DNA of 62,325 bases, counting the filler, from Chiloscyllium plagiosum (taxonomy: Eukaryota): NCBI RefSeq assembly GCF_004010195.1. It is 3 parts of one record of this genome, joined end to end, with 100 filler letters (N's around TTAATTAATTAA, not from the genome) between each part and the next. Parts side by side here need not be neighbours in the genome. Positions count along the whole stretch, not along the records: positions 27,010 to 54,038 come from NC_057714.1; positions 54,139 to 62,325 come from NC_057714.1; 1 more part is not named here. One strand, given 5' to 3'. This document shows positions 48,660 to 62,119 of the stretch, piece by piece. Every line of letters begins with the position of its first letter. The stretch's first letter is position 1. A program made the translations under genes and the position numbers. The notes beneath the pieces were generated by a model. That model ran no database searches and had not been told where the DNA came from. It saw nothing but the letters and a program-made list of their open reading frames with translations.

Positions 48660-50470
48660 CCGGGTGTGGATCTGACAAGGGAGTCGCAGAGGAAATGGTT
48701 TGTCCGAAATGCTGACGGGGTGAGGAGGGAAATATATCCCTACTGGTGGGGTCTATTTGTTGGTGGCAGAAGTGGTGGTGGATGATGCGATGTATGCGGA
48801 GGTTTGTGGTGTGGAAGGTGTGGTCCGGAGGGGCTTCTGTCCTTGCTGCATTTGGAAGGGTTGGATTTCAAAGGCGGAGGTGTGGGAAGTGGGGAAGATG
48901 TGCTAGAGGGCATCGTTAACCACATGGGAGGCAAAATTGTGGTCTTTGAAGAAGGAGACCATCTGGAATATGTGATGATGGAATTGGTCATCTTAGGAAC
49001 AGATGTGGTGGAGGCAGAGAAATTGAGAAAAAAGGATAGCATTTTTAAAGGAGGTGGAGTGGGAGGAGGTGCAGTCCAGATAGCTGTGAGAGTTGGTGGG
49101 TTTGTAGTAGATTTTCGTGTTTAGTCTGTCATGGGAAATCGAGATGGAGAGGTCCAGGAATGGAAGGGAGGTGTTCAAGATGGTTCAGGTGAATTTGAGG
49201 TCACGATGAAAGGTGTTGGTGAAGTTGATGAACCATTCAACCTCCTCATGCGAGCACAAGATAGTGCCGATACAGTCATCAATGTAGTGGAGGAAAAGGT
49301 GGGGAATGGTGTCAGTATAGCTGCGGAAGATGGACTGTCCCAAATACCTGATGAAGAGGCAGGCATAGCTATGGCCCATGTGGTGCCCAAGGCTACCCCT
49401 TTGGTTTGGAGGAAGTGGGAGGATTGGAAGGAGAAATTGTTCAGGGTGTGGACCAGTTCAGCCAGGCAGATGAGTGTGTCAGTGGAGGGGTATTGGTTGG
49501 GAGGGCATGGGAGGAAGAAACGGAGGTCTTGGAAGTCTTAGTTGTGGGGGATGGATGTGTATAGAGACTGGATGTCTATGGTGATGGTAAGGTGTAGGGG
49601 GCAGGGGAAACAAGCATCTTGGAGGAGGTGAAGGGTGTGGGTGGTGTCCCGAATGTAGGTGGGGAGTTTGTGGACTAAGGGAGACAGGATGATGTCAAGG
49701 TAGGCAGAGATGAGGTCAGTGGGACAGACGCAGGCTGAGACAATGGGTCGACTGGGGAAGTCAGATTTGTGAATCGTCAGTTGAAGTTAGAATCGGGTGG
49801 TATGGGTTTTGCAGGCAATGAGGTTGGAGGCTGTGGATGGGAGATCCCCAGAGGTAATGAGGTTGTGTACAGTCTGGCAAATGATGATTTTGTGATAGGA
49901 GGTGAGGTTGTGGTCGAGGGTACAGTAGGAGGAGGTGTCTGCGAGTTGGCACCTGGCTTCAGTGGTGTAGAGGTCAGTATGTCAAACTACCACTGCGTCT
50001 CTCCCTTGTCTGCTGGTTTGATGGTGAGGTTGGGTTGGGGCAGAGGGAGTGGAGGGCTGCACATTGCGAGGTTAAGAGGTTGGAGTGGGTGAGGGGGATG
50101 GACAGCTTGAGGCAGTCTGTGTCATGGCGGCAGTTAGAAATGAAGACGTCAAGAGTGGGCCATTATGGGGTGTCAAGGTGGAAGCAGGAGAAGGGGTCCT
50201 TGGTGGGTTGGTGGGAGTCTTGATTGAAAAAGTGGGCCCAAAGGCAGAGGAAGAAATGTTCGATGTCACAACATTTGTCAAACTCATTAACCTGGGAGCA
50301 TAGAGGCATGAAGGCGAGGCCTTTGCTGAGGACTGAATGCTCATCCTCAGTGAGGGGGAGGTCTGGGGGATTAGTAAAAACACGGCAGGGAAGCTAGGAC
50401 CTGGGTGCAGCTGGAGTTGGGGGTGGGGGTGGAAACTGCCACTAGAATGGAAGTGGTTATGGGGTGGGGA
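48660..50470 (-). mobile_element. Penelope-like element, RT region, disrupted
   Basis: MGHSYACLF...FLHYIDDCIG...LKFT (ORF 49185-49379) and LPFLDLSI..IYYKPTNSHSYLD (ORF 48993-49178). Confidence 0.9.
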
Positions 50471-50484
50471 ATGAAATCACCAAT

Positions 50485-52771
50485 GGACGTTATGGACGGC
50501 TCAGGCATAAAACAATTCAAATCTGCTGTGTACCATCCAGAACTGCAGGGAATGCTGGAAAGAGAGCATCAACTACTAAAGACCATATTGAGGGCTTATA
50601 GTCAGGGTTATCCAGATAATTGGGATAAGGGAATTCCGTTTGTGCTTTGTGCAATCAGAGATGCACCAAATAAGTCAACCAAATTCAGTCCATTTGCATT
50701 AAATTTTGGGCATGAAATGAGAGGACCATTAAAATTGATTAAGGAGAAATTAATAAGTCAGAATTCAGAGACCACATATTTGGATTATGTGTCAAATTTT
50801 AGGGAACGATTAACTAGAGCAGAGGAGGTGGCTGGACAGCATTTAAAATATCACAGCATTCCCAAAACAGGAAGCAAATAAGAAATCAGAAATTTGCAAT
50901 TTTGCTATCGGTGATAAAGTATTAGTGTTCCAGTGATAGGTGAACCTTTAAAAGCAAGGTTTAGTGGACCTTATCAAATTGAGAGGAAATTGCCTGAGGT
51001 GGACTACTTGACTGGGACTCCAGACAGGAAGAAATCTCACAGAGTGTGTCATGTGAATATGTTCAAAAGATATTTCGACAAGGAAGGAAAGCAAGAGGAG
51101 AAGGTGTTAATGATTACAGCACAGAAGGAAGTTCAAAGGATTCTGAATTGGACGTTCCTTAAATTAGATTAGACAATGAGGAAATTGTCAAAAATTGGGA
51201 TAAATTATTGTGTTACCTTCCTGAGAAAAATTGAAATGACCTGAAAGAGTAATTGCTTTCACATTGGGAGATATGTGGAAATAAACTGGGAAATACTAAC
51301 CTCATTATGCATGATGTAGAGGTAGGAGATGCTATTCTGATTCAGCACCATCCTTATAGGCATAACCCTCTAAAGTTGGCACAGGTTCAGAAGGAGATAA
51401 AACGCACACTCCAAGATGGCATAATCAAAGTGAGTTACAGCCATAATGGAAGTGGAGCTCAGCCATAGTGATGGTGCCAAAGCCAGATGGTACCCAACGG
51501 TTTTGTGTGGACTATTACAAAGTCAATGAAGTTAAAAAGACTTATACATATCCAATTCTGCAGTTAGAAGACTGTTGAAAAGGTGGGACAAGCAACTTAC
51601 ATTTCTAGGTTGGACTTGCAATGGCAAGTATCTCTGTCAGAGAGAGCAAAGGAAATTTTGGCTTTCGTAATTCCAATTGGACTATATTAGTTCACAGTCA
51701 TGCCATTTGGTATGAAAAGCACTCCGGCCACATTTCAAAGACTGACTAATAAGGTCATTGCTTGATTATCCAACTGTGTTGTGTACATTGATGATGTTTT
51801 GTCACATATGGAAGGAACATTTACAGCATTTATCGGACTTGTTCAATTGACTTCGGAAGGCAGGCTTGGTGGTAATTCTGGCTAAAAGTGAATTTGCCGA
51901 AGCCCGAGTCATGTTATTGAACATAGACAAATGGCCCCACAGGATGTGAAAATTAAAGTTATTAGAGAGTTTCCCACAACATCGACTCTTAGAGCAGTAC
52001 TACGGTTCCTAGAATTGAGTGGATTTTATTGAAAGTTTGTGCCGAATTTTAGCAGTGTAGCAGCTCCACTCACTGAATTACTAAAGAAAGGCAAGAAGTT
52101 TTGGTGGACAGTGGACAATTAGAAGGAATTTGACAGCCTCAAAGCTGTGTTAACATGGCCCCAGTGTCAGCCACACCGGATTATACAAAGCCTTTTAAGG
52201 TGGCTATTAATGCCAGTGATGTGGATGTCAGTGCGGTTCTCCTGCAGGAAGATGATGAGTGGATAGAAAACTGAATCGGGCATTTCTCCAGGAAATTGAA
52301 TGTTCATCAGCAGAAATATTTGATGGTTGAGAAAGAAACTTTGAGTTTGGTGTTGGCACTACAACTTTTCAGTGTTTATATTACCAGCAGTGCATCTGAG
52401 ACGATCTTAGACACTGACCATAGCCCAATGAAGTTACGTGGAGAAATTTAAGGGCAACAATACCAGACTGTTCAGATGGAGCTTGTTATTACAACCATTC
52501 AATTTGACAATTGTGCACGTGGTAAGTTGAGATGCATTGTCAAGACTCCAATGAGAAACAGGTGGGAGAACCACAGACTGAATCTGAATGTAGTTGTGCA
52601 TGTTTGCATGTTTATTGTTAATGAATATACACTTGTGTTTAAAGTACTACCCTTTCCTTTATTTTTATGGGTTTTGAAAAATGATGCCATCTTTGGATAT
52701 TGATGGGTTTTTTTTTTAATGCTGATACGGTACAAGGTTACTTTGCCTTCGCGTTTTGTTTTTGAGAGGGG
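50485..52771 (+). mobile_element. Gmr1-like Gypsy LTR retrotransposon pol remnant (integrase - RT - RNase H order) with PPT
   Basis: Integrase: YHPELQGMLEREHQLLK...WDKGIPFVL..SPF and the GPY motif. RT: PYRHNP, VPKPDGTQRFCVDY, MPFGMKSTPATFQR, VYIDD (51781-51795). RNase H: ASDV..AVLLQE, TDHSP. PPT gagaggggg at ~52764-52772. Confidence 0.9.
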
Positions 52772-53197
52772 GTAATTGGCCAGGCTCCATTGTGTCTGAA
52801 GTTTGAATGGTTTACTGGGGCCTTGTTGTTTACCCCAAGCCAAAAGCTTGAAAGATATTTTGAAAAACTGGTCTACTTAAGGGGCGTGGCCAGCTCTAGC
52901 TGCGCAGTTCAGTTCAGTTCAGAAATGATTTGAGTAAGAGTCACAGGGGAATCTGGAAGCCTTCTCTCTGTCCTTCTGCCCTTATGATTTTGAACTGTAA
53001 GTTGCCTGTGCCATTGTTTACTGTTTGTGCAAAAGGCTGTGTGTATTGGGACTGTTGCAAGTATTCTTAGAACAGCATCATTGATTCGGGTTTGGATAGA
53101 ATAGGTTATCCAGTATTCTGTTTTCTGTTCTTTGTGTTTCATTCCGTAACTTTGTAAATAAAATTTTGTTTGTTTAAAACTTGGCAGTCGACCCAGC
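52772..53197 (+). mobile_element. Probable 3' LTR remnant of the Gypsy element
   Basis: Follows the PPT and contains AATAAA at ~53157; the right end is interrupted by another element. Confidence 0.55.
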
Positions 53198-53696
53198 TGT
53201 TGTGGGGAAAATCACCAGTCTCTGAGTCAGAATCGGGATTCAACGACAGAGTTTATTGCACAAAGAAACTGGAGTTCCGGGGAGAGAGAGAGAGAGAGAG
53301 AGAGAGACATCCGGCAGCACTGCTGTTAGCTGCGAGCCTTCTCTCACCCTCAGAGCACAGTTCGCAATATTCTATACATTTCATGGTATAATGGTCTAGA
53401 CATCAAGTCTTTGTGCAAAATGGTTTATTTACACAAAACATTACAGAGTCGTCAGTTTCAAAGGAATGTTACAGAATCATTGCCAGTTTCAGCAGCTACC
53501 CAGAAGTCCATTGCGTCGTAATTGGTTGTGATCATTCTTCCTGAGACAGAAGTTTGTTTTCCATTACTGAAAATCTAAGGTAATAACAGTGGGATACAAG
53601 CAGTCTCAGCTAATTAACATTTTTATTGAAGGCGGTGGCTGGACTCAGACACTTCAGTGGGCAGTAGATATTACTGAAGTGTATTTTCTCCCCCAC
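53198..53696 (-). mobile_element. Probable solo LTR containing (GA)n
   Basis: Starts with TGT; imperfect inverted ends gtggggaaaat / attttctcccccac; reverse-strand AATAAA (tttatt ~53252); (GA)n at ~53282-53307. Confidence 0.45.
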
Positions 53697-53753
53697 CTGC
53701 CTTAAACTAATCATCTATGTTCTGTATCTATTATGCTGGTTTCCTGTTGGCCT

Positions 53754-54038
53754 CAGGCAGGAACCTCGATTATCTGAACGAGATGGGCGGGCACTATTTT
53801 GTTCGGATAATTGATTATTCGGTTAACTGATTAAATGCCTTTCCTTTAAGGCTCGGCGTTTTCTGTGAAGACCGCTCCCCGTTCAGGAGACGAGGCAGGA
53901 GCACACCATGCGCGAGCCCCCGCCCTCATCCGCCTCCCAACCCCGTCCAACACCGTGCCCCCACCCGGCCCTACCCCATCAAACACTGACCCCCAACCCA
54001 CCCAAACCCTGTCCAACACCACCCCCGACCCACCCACC
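53754..54038. mobile_element. Tc1/mariner-Tigger-like non-autonomous element end
   Basis: cag..aggaacctcgattatctgaac with an internal inverted copy gttcggataattga resembles Tigger TIRs; truncated by the gap. Confidence 0.5.
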
Positions 54039-54138
54039 NNNNNNNNNNNNNNNNNNNNNNNNNNNNNNNNNNNNNNNNNNNNTTAATTAATTAANNNNNN
54101 NNNNNNNNNNNNNNNNNNNNNNNNNNNNNNNNNNNNNN
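54039..54138. other. 100-bp scaffold gap with TTAATTAATTAA linker
   Basis: 44 N + TTAATTAATTAA (54083-54094) + 44 N. Confidence 0.95.
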
Positions 54139-55996
54139 TTAAGAGGGAAATTGGGAGGGCAAAAAGGGGACATGAGATAGCTTTGGCAAATAGAATTAAG
54201 GAGAATCCAAAGGGTTTTTACAAATACATTAAGGGCAAAAGGGTAACTAGGGAGAGAATAGGGCCCCTCAAAGATCAGAAAGATGACCTTTGTGTGGAGC
54301 CACAGAAAATGGGGGAGATACTAAATGAGTATTTTGCATAAGTATTTACTGTGGAAAAGGATATGAAAGATATAGAATGTAGGGAAATAGATGGTGACAC
54401 CTTGCAAAATGTCCATATTACAGACAAGTAAGTGCTGGATGTCTTGAAATGCATAAAAGTGGATAAACCCCCAGGACCTTATCATGTTTACCCTAGAAAT
54501 CTGTGGGAAGCTAGAGAAGTGATTGCTGGCCCTCTTGCTGAGATATTTGTATCATCGATAGGCACAGGTGAGGTGTTGCAAGACTGGAGGTTGGCTAACG
54601 TGGTGCCACTGTTTAAGAAAGGTGGTAAGGAGAAGCCAGGGAACTATAGACCAGTGAGCCTGACCTCGGTGGTGGGCAAGTTGTTGGAGGGAATCCTGAG
54701 GGACAGGATGTACATGTATTTGGAAAGGCAAGGACTGATTCGGGATAGTCATGTCTCACAAACTTGGTAGAGTTTTTTGAAGAAGTAACAAAGAGGATTG
54801 ATGAGGGCATAGCAGTAGATGTGATCTATATGGACTTCAGTAAGGCGTTCGACAAGGATCCCCATGGGAGACTGATTAGCAAGGTTAGATCTCACGGAAT
54901 ACAGACAGAACAAGCCATTTGGATACAGAACTGGCTCAAAGGTAGAAGACAGAGAATGGTGGTGGAAGGTTGTTTTTTAGACTGGAGGCCTGTGACCAGT
55001 GGAGTCCCACAAGGATCGGTGCTACATTTTGTCATTTACATAAATGATTTGGATGTGAGCATAAGAGGTAGAGTTAGTAAGTTTGCAGATGACACCAAAA
55101 TTGGAGGTGTAGTGGACAATGAAGAAGGTTACCTCAGATTACAACACGATCTTGACCAGATGAGCCATTGGGCTGAGAAATGTCAGATGGAGTTTGATTC
55201 GGACAAATGCGAGGTGCTGCATTTTGGGAAAGCAAATCTTAGCAGGACTTATACATTTAATGGTAAGGTCCTAGGGACTGTTGCTGAACAAAGAGACCTT
55301 GGAGTGCAGGTTCATAGCTCCTTGAAAGTGGAGTTGCAGGTAGATAGGATAGTGAAGAAGGCGTTTGGTATGCTTTCTTTTATTGGTCAGAGTATTGAGT
55401 ACAGGAGTTAGGAGGTCATATTGTGGCTGTACAGGACATTGGTTAGGCCACTGTTGGAATCTTGCATGCAGTTCTGGTCTCCTTCCTATCAGAAATATGT
55501 TGTGAAACTTGAAAGGGTTTACGAGGAAGTTGCCAGGGTTGGAGGGTTTGAACCAAAGGGAGAGGCTGAACAGGCTGGGGCTATTTCCCCAGGACCGTCG
55601 GAGGTTGAGGGGTGACATTATAGAGCTTTACAAAATCATGCGGGGCATGGAGAAGATAAACAGACAAAGTCTTTTCCCTGGGGTTGGGGAATCCAGAACT
55701 AGAGGGCATAGGTTTAGGGCGAGAGGGGAAAGATATAAGAGACCTAAGGGGCAACATTTTCTCACAGAGGGTGGTACGTGTATGGAATGAGCTGCCAAAG
55801 GAAGTGGTGGAGGCTGGTACAATTGCAACATTTAAAAGGCATTTGGATGGGTACATGAATAGGAAGGGTTCAGAGGGATATGGGCCAGGTGCTGTCAGGT
55901 GGGACTAGATTGGGCTGGGATATCTGGTCAGCATGGACAGGTTAGACAGAAGGGTCTGTTTCCATGCTGTACATCTCTATGACTCTATGACTCTAT
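54139..55996 (+). mobile_element. HER1/CR1 LINE ORF2 (RT) to 3' tail
   Basis: ORFs 54432-54770 (PGNYRPVSLTS), 54764-55411 ([20 protein letters not shown]) and 55509-55908; tail ctctatgactctatgactcta. Confidence 0.96.
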
Positions 55997-56911
55997 AATT
56001 GGTAGGTGAATTGGTCTGGGACTGATGTCAACTGACAGGGATAAAGGGTGGAGGAAGACTTGGAGCATACAAGAATGTTATAATGCAGATATAGTTGGAC
56101 GAAGGCCTGGAGAAGGTAACCACATTGACTTTCATGTTGGGAACTATGCAGTTTAGTTTCTTGAGTAATGAGAGGGGAATTGAAAGCTGTATGGAAATAA
56201 GGTGAGTTCAGCTTGTAATGAGATGTAAATGTCTGGAAATAAGGTAGTTGCAGCTCACCAGCAAGACTCTGGACTCGCCATTTAAACTTTAAGAGAAATA
56301 TTGAAAAGTATTTTTCTCAATATCAAGATTCTGATCTTTTGCCGCCTTTTCCCATTTTTTATTGCCCACACAGGTCAGGAAGCAGATAATTCTGCCCTGA
56401 GACCTGAGACAATAAATGTGTTCTTCCACAATTGAGTCTGAGAGGTCTTTACTCACCAGGCAATCGTTGTATCTAAATGTGTTGGTATTTAGTAATAAAT
56501 TTGAAAGTTGTTTTTTGTAATGTTATAGAAATTTATACTAGCTTGCAGAAAGATACTGTATTTTAAGTGTTTTTATTGAAAGTTGGAAGAATGAACAGCT
56601 TTACTTTGTCAACAGGCTGGTTTTGGATATGGTCTTCCTATCTCACGCCTCTATGCTAAATATTTTCAAGGAGACCTTAACCTGTACTCAATGGAAGGAT
56701 ATGGTACCGATGCTGTTATTTATTTAAAGGTAATACAAAATATATACGAAGAATGTGTAAATATGGAAGATTTATCCATTCCTTTAAATTTCCTATAGAA
56801 AATTTAAACACACAGAAAATAATTAATTTTGGCAGAGTACAGTTCATTAAAGAAGTGGAAGATGCTGTATGTGAAGCCAGATAACATGATATTTGATAAG
56901 TTAATTTTGCT

Positions 56912-58050
56912 TAGAACACAGAACAGTACAGCACAGGAAGACGGCTTTTGGCCCACCATGCCTATGTGTCAACCGTGACACTATGTGCCTGCACGTGGTC
57001 GGCATCCCTCTGTTCTCTGCCTATGTATTTGTCTGTCTAAATGTGTTTTAAACTTTGCTATTGTATCTGCTTCTATCATCTCCCCTGATAGCACATTCCA
57101 AACACCTATTCCCCTTTGTGTAAAACTTACCTCGCACATGTCCTTTAAACATTACCCTTCTCACCTTCAACCTGTGCCCCCTTGTATTTGACGTTTTCAC
57201 TCTATGAAAGACACCCTGACTATCCATCCTATCCATGCCCCTCATAATTTTATATGTTCCTATCAGGTTGCCCCTCAGTTTCTGATGCTGTAGCAAAAAC
57301 AATCCAATTTTGTCCAACTTCACCTTATAGCTAATACACTTCAATCCTGTTAAAAATCTGCACTCTCCCCAAAGCCTCCATATCCTTCTTATAGTGCGGC
57401 AACCAGGACTGCATCCAATAGTCCAAATGTGGCTTGATCACAGTCTTCTGCTGTTGCATATGAATTGCCAACTTTTGTACTCAATGCCTAGACTGAGGAA
57501 AGCACACATGTTGAATGCCTTTACCACCTTATCCATTTGTGTTAAACTTGGACCCCAAGATCCCCCTGTATCAATGCTCCCAAGGGTCCTGCCATTTACT
57601 GTATACTTTCATCTTGCATTTGACCTTCCAAAATGCATCACCTCACACTTGTCCGGATTAAACTCAATCTGCCATTTCTCCACCCAACTTTCCAGCTGCA
57701 CCCTTTGATACCCTTCCTCACTGTCCACGGCTCCACCAATTTTTGTCATCTGCAAACTTACTAATTAGATCAGTGATATTTTCATTCAAGTTGTTAAAAT
57801 ATATTACAAACAACAGAAGTTCCAGTGCTGATCTTTACAGAATACCACTGGTCACAGATCTCCAGTCAGGAAAACACCCCTCCACATATGCCCTCTGCCT
57901 TCTATGGTCAAGCCGATTTTGTATCCAACTTGCCACACATCATGGATTCCATGTGATTTGATCTTCTGGACCAGCCTACCATGAGGGACCTTGTTAAAAC
58001 CCTCGCTAAAATCCTTCAGAAAACATCCACGGCCTTACCCTCATTGATCA
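56912..58050 (-). mobile_element. Degenerate CR1 LINE (RT to 3' end)
   Basis: ORF 57048-57344 (KLRGNLIGTYKIMRG); tgtcatctgcaaactt is the reverse of KFADD; 3' tail at ~56912. Confidence 0.85.
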
Positions 58051-58729
58051 GTTTTATGTACAGCTCTTCCATGTGTGCAGTAAATTGAAACTGGAAATCG
58101 TAAATATGTTGTATCAGATATTTTTGGTGTGAGTCCTTTTGGTTAGTTTTGAAATTGCGCTGTGAAGTGTGAACTGGAACAGCGCAGTGAGGATAATAAG
58201 GCATCTGGAACTTCACTGAATAACTGGACTCAGTCAATATCTCAATCAATCAGGCAAGACTTCAGAAATGAATGAAGGACAGTGAATTAGAGTCAATGAA
58301 TTCAATATCAAAACAGATACAGAAAGAGAAACAAAGAACAAAGATTGGCTTTAAGAGAGAAAAATAAACAGAAGGGCAAAATGTTTAAAATATAACATTT
58401 TGTAAATCATCTAAAATCGTCATATCCCTTGATTGTTTATTTTCTGGGTGAAAGAGATTGGCAGTAATTAATAGTGATCATGTCATTAATAACATGCTTC
58501 CTAGACTTGCCTTTCTGTAGCTAAGTGTGCAAATACAGGAAGTTCTGAAAATTTTGCAGGTGTTTTAACATAATAAGTTATGATCCTCTGCTGACAAAAA
58601 GGATCTTTTGTAATGGGAATTCAAATATTTTCAATCCAGTTTCTCCCTATCTTTCAGCACAAAACTGTCCCTAAATTTTACACTAATTAACAATGTTGTA
58701 GAAACTCCTATCCTGTAGATTAGAAAACA

Positions 58730-59005
58730 TACTGCCTCCCCAATGCAGTACTGAGAGAGTGATTTCTTGTTGGGGGGGTACCTCCTTTCAGTTGATACAT
58801 TAAATAAAGACTCTGGTCATCTCAGTCAGGTAGATGTAAGAATCTCCATGAATTATTTTAAAGACGAACAAATGGAATCTTCCCTTGTTCCCTGCAGCCA
58901 ACATTACTCAAATAATCCAGTCATTATCTCATTCCTGTTTGTGAGAACCAGCTGTGTGTAAATGAGCTGCCCATTTCTAACGAATGCATGCTATATTTCA
59001 AAGAA
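58730..59005 (+). mobile_element. DeuSINE (SacSINE1/AmnSINE1-related) remnant
   Basis: tgcagtactgagagagtg...ctcagtcaggtagatgtaagaatctccatg...attttaaagacgaacaa...gtcattatctcattcctgtttgtg recalls the Deu domain. Recognised by eye. Confidence 0.6.
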
Positions 59006-59009
59006 ATAG

Positions 59010-59385
59010 TTGTTGGTTTAGTGACAATGTTATGAGTAATCTAGAGATCTAGGGTAGTGCCCTGGAGAGGGAGATTCAAATCCCACCGTGGCAGCTGATG
59101 GAATTTAAATTCAATTAATATGTCTGAAATTGGATGTTGGCTGAGTAGTAGTGACCATGAAACTATCATAATTTTTTAAAAACTCATTTGGTTCACAATT
59201 GTCCCTTCCTCCTTTTAAAGAACGAAATCCATCACGTCACATGATCTGATTGACTTGTCACTTTAGACCCACAACAATGTGGTAGACTCTCAGCTGCCCT
59301 CTGAAATGCTTTGATAGTCATTGGTTCAAGGGCTGTCAGAAACTGGTAACAAATGCAGGCCTTTTCAGCAATAACGGCAGTCGGA
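59010..59385 (+). mobile_element. tRNA-derived SINE, degenerate
   Basis: gattcaaatcccaccgtggcagctg B box and gacccacaacaatgtggtagactctcagctgccctctg; homologous to 38765-39085. Confidence 0.7.
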
Positions 59386-61139
59386 CTTTATTATTTTTCT
59401 TTTTTTTAACTTTTACAATTATTTTAATAGGCTTTATCTACTGATTCAGTGGAAAGGTTGCCTGTCTTCAATAAATCTGCTTGGAAACATTACAAAAGTA
59501 GGAATGAAGCAGATGATTGGTGTATTCCCAGCAGTGAACCCAAGAACCTGGCCAAGTTCAATAATCACATTTGAAGAAAAATATTATGAAGAGGAAGATT
59601 CAAGCAATGTTCACAATCACACTAATAAAATTACCATGGTATAGAAATGAATGTTGGCAGCATGCTATGAACTGTCCTGACTTGTATGAAACATTGAAAT
59701 GTGCCTCATATAATTATCATCAGTTAAGTTCATTAATTGACCAGTACTTTCTAGACAAATAGAAACAGCAATTTGTGAAATGCATCCTGTATTTACGGAA
59801 TGAGTCCGAGGGGGGAGAAATAAGACCAACATATGTAGACATGCAATCCTGTGGCGATATTGTGTTTTCTTTGTGTGCCTGACTACTTGCCATTGTGGGA
59901 GTTACAAGCTTGAACTAATGCCTGGACTAGAACTAATTGATTTTACAGATGATAATATTTCTCTTTCTTTCAGAATAAGGATTGATCAGTATATGTTTGC
60001 TGTACGCAAATTGGCTACAGAATAAATACATTTCAAAAATCACTCCATTTTCTGTAAACCACTTTGGGACATTCTCAAGTTATGATAAGTGCAATATAAA
60101 TGCATTTTTTTTCCATTTCAGTGGTGTCAACTTTGCTTTCCTGTACGTAGCCCTCTGTCACACTTGGCTCGGGCATGACTCTTTTTTTTGAATGAGACAA
60201 GAAAAGTGTGATTGAATGAGGGTAAATTAGAGACCTCTGGCATGAAAGGAGTTTTGAAGATGAGATAGTTTTATCACTTTTCCTTTGGACTTGGGTTAGG
60301 GCAGCCGAAATGAAAGGCAGAATTAGGGAAACTATCAGCTTATGTCGTTTTCTACCTGCAGTTGAATTTAGCTTTTACTTTCATTCTCCTCTTTTGACAT
60401 GAAGCAAAGTATATATGTATGTATTTGTATATGTCTGCTTATTACTGGTTACCAGCAGTGCCTTGTGGATAGTTATAAAGTTACACTAAGCTGTTTTCTT
60501 AAATGATCTGTGAAAGACTGAACACTAGGTGTCAATCTGCCAGTATATCTTGTATGTAATGGAACAGAGAAGTTATGTGCAAATAATGATTGGACTCTAC
60601 TTATCAAGCCTCTACTGTGAAATTTAAATGTAGTTGACTGCATACTTTATTATTGTATGTCAAATAAATTTATGATAGCTGTGCATAATTATTGAGATGT
60701 GATAATTGAGGTTCAATCAAAATGAATAATCTTCAGGAGAAAAGCACTTACTTGAGTGCTGAAATAAAAATCTCATTTTTGAATATTCAAATAAGTGGAT
60801 CTAAACTTTTGTACCCTATTGAAGTGTTCGTTTTCTGTTGGGCAACAACTAGTATTTATCACATGATATTTCAATCTTTAACCTACTTAAATCATATTGA
60901 TTTAAATTACTATGAAGAAAGGAGCCATGCAATCCAAAAAATAACCCCTGATAACTACTTGGGTTGTCTGGATTTCTTTTTCTACAAATACTTAGGCTGT
61001 CTACAAATGTTTATCGCAGAATCTGAGAATTGTTACAGCACAGGAGGCATCTATGTGGTCCATCATGTCTGTGCCACCTCTCCAAATAAATATTTTGCAG
61101 AATGCCATTCTCTTGCCTTCTCCTCATAATCCTCCATAT

Positions 61140-61620
61140 TGTGCTGAATCTTACCAGAAATCAGCTAAGTGTCATTTTTGGCAAGTTTCATGAAAGGTTT
61201 CTCTCCATGAAGCCTAGCATGATTTTTCACACCATATCCCAAACTTACCTAATTACTGATGCACTATGCCCCAATGGTGCCCTGCTTGTTGCATTCTCTC
61301 ACTCACCACAAACAGAAGTACCAGCCACTGCCAGGACTTCCCAGAATTCCTGGAATTGGCGCCATATTTAAAGGCTTGTCATGCACCTAGTCAAGTCCAC
61401 AGTTGCCCTTCATGTTCCGATCAATTGCCCCATATTTGTTGGAGGGAGGGAAATTTACACCCAACTTTTCTGATACGGGACTGGAAGGACAGGGAGTGCA
61501 CACTGCCACTGTCCATGGAGTGTGTCCTGAGGTGCTTGCTGTCCAAGATGGAGGGCCAGTGGAGCAAATGGCAAGCTGGAGTTTCCAGGTTGGCACTCTG
61601 ACTTTCATGTTGGAAACTGT
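61140..61620 (+). mobile_element. Possible Harbinger-type element end with Myb/SANT-like remnant
   Basis: gtgctgaatctt terminal-like motif; the peptide TPNFSDTGLE resembles the PxFSDxELE start of Harbinger DNA-binding proteins. Confidence 0.3.
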
Positions 61621-62119
61621 TGTGTAATTATCTAGTGGGTGGGGGAATACTATACAGTTCCCTGATGAAGCAAGATGACATAATAATACAATACAAATAA
61701 GTACTAGTGCATCTAATTGGCTTAATACCACTCTATGGAGAATCTTGTTTCAATTTTGGGGATCTCCTTACTCCTGATGCATAATTTTTCCAATCTGCTA
61801 GCCATTTTACATATCGTTTGGTGACTGCAGGATTCCACTCACTGCTCTTTTTCAGATAACAACATAATTTGCTTTTGTAACCTCAAGTAAACCTCCCGCT
61901 ACCACACAGTTGGAGTGCATTCTAGACCCTAACTATTTGTCACATAAAAATGATTGTCCAACTTAGTTTAGTTTGGGGTGACATCAATTGGAATCGACCT
62001 TATTGTTAAAGTTTGAAGTTTTAATTTCAATCATCCATTTCTAATGATTAAAAATGCCAATTTTTCCCAGATTTTGTACATTTTGAGATTTGTTTTGTAT
62101 TCATTATGTTTTATCAATT

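Noticed and set aside
54139..55996. Active RT gene or prokaryotic retron/DGR-type system
   Set aside because: It is an ordinary CR1-clade ORF2 with stops and frameshifts, and multiple near-identical truncated copies occur in the window.
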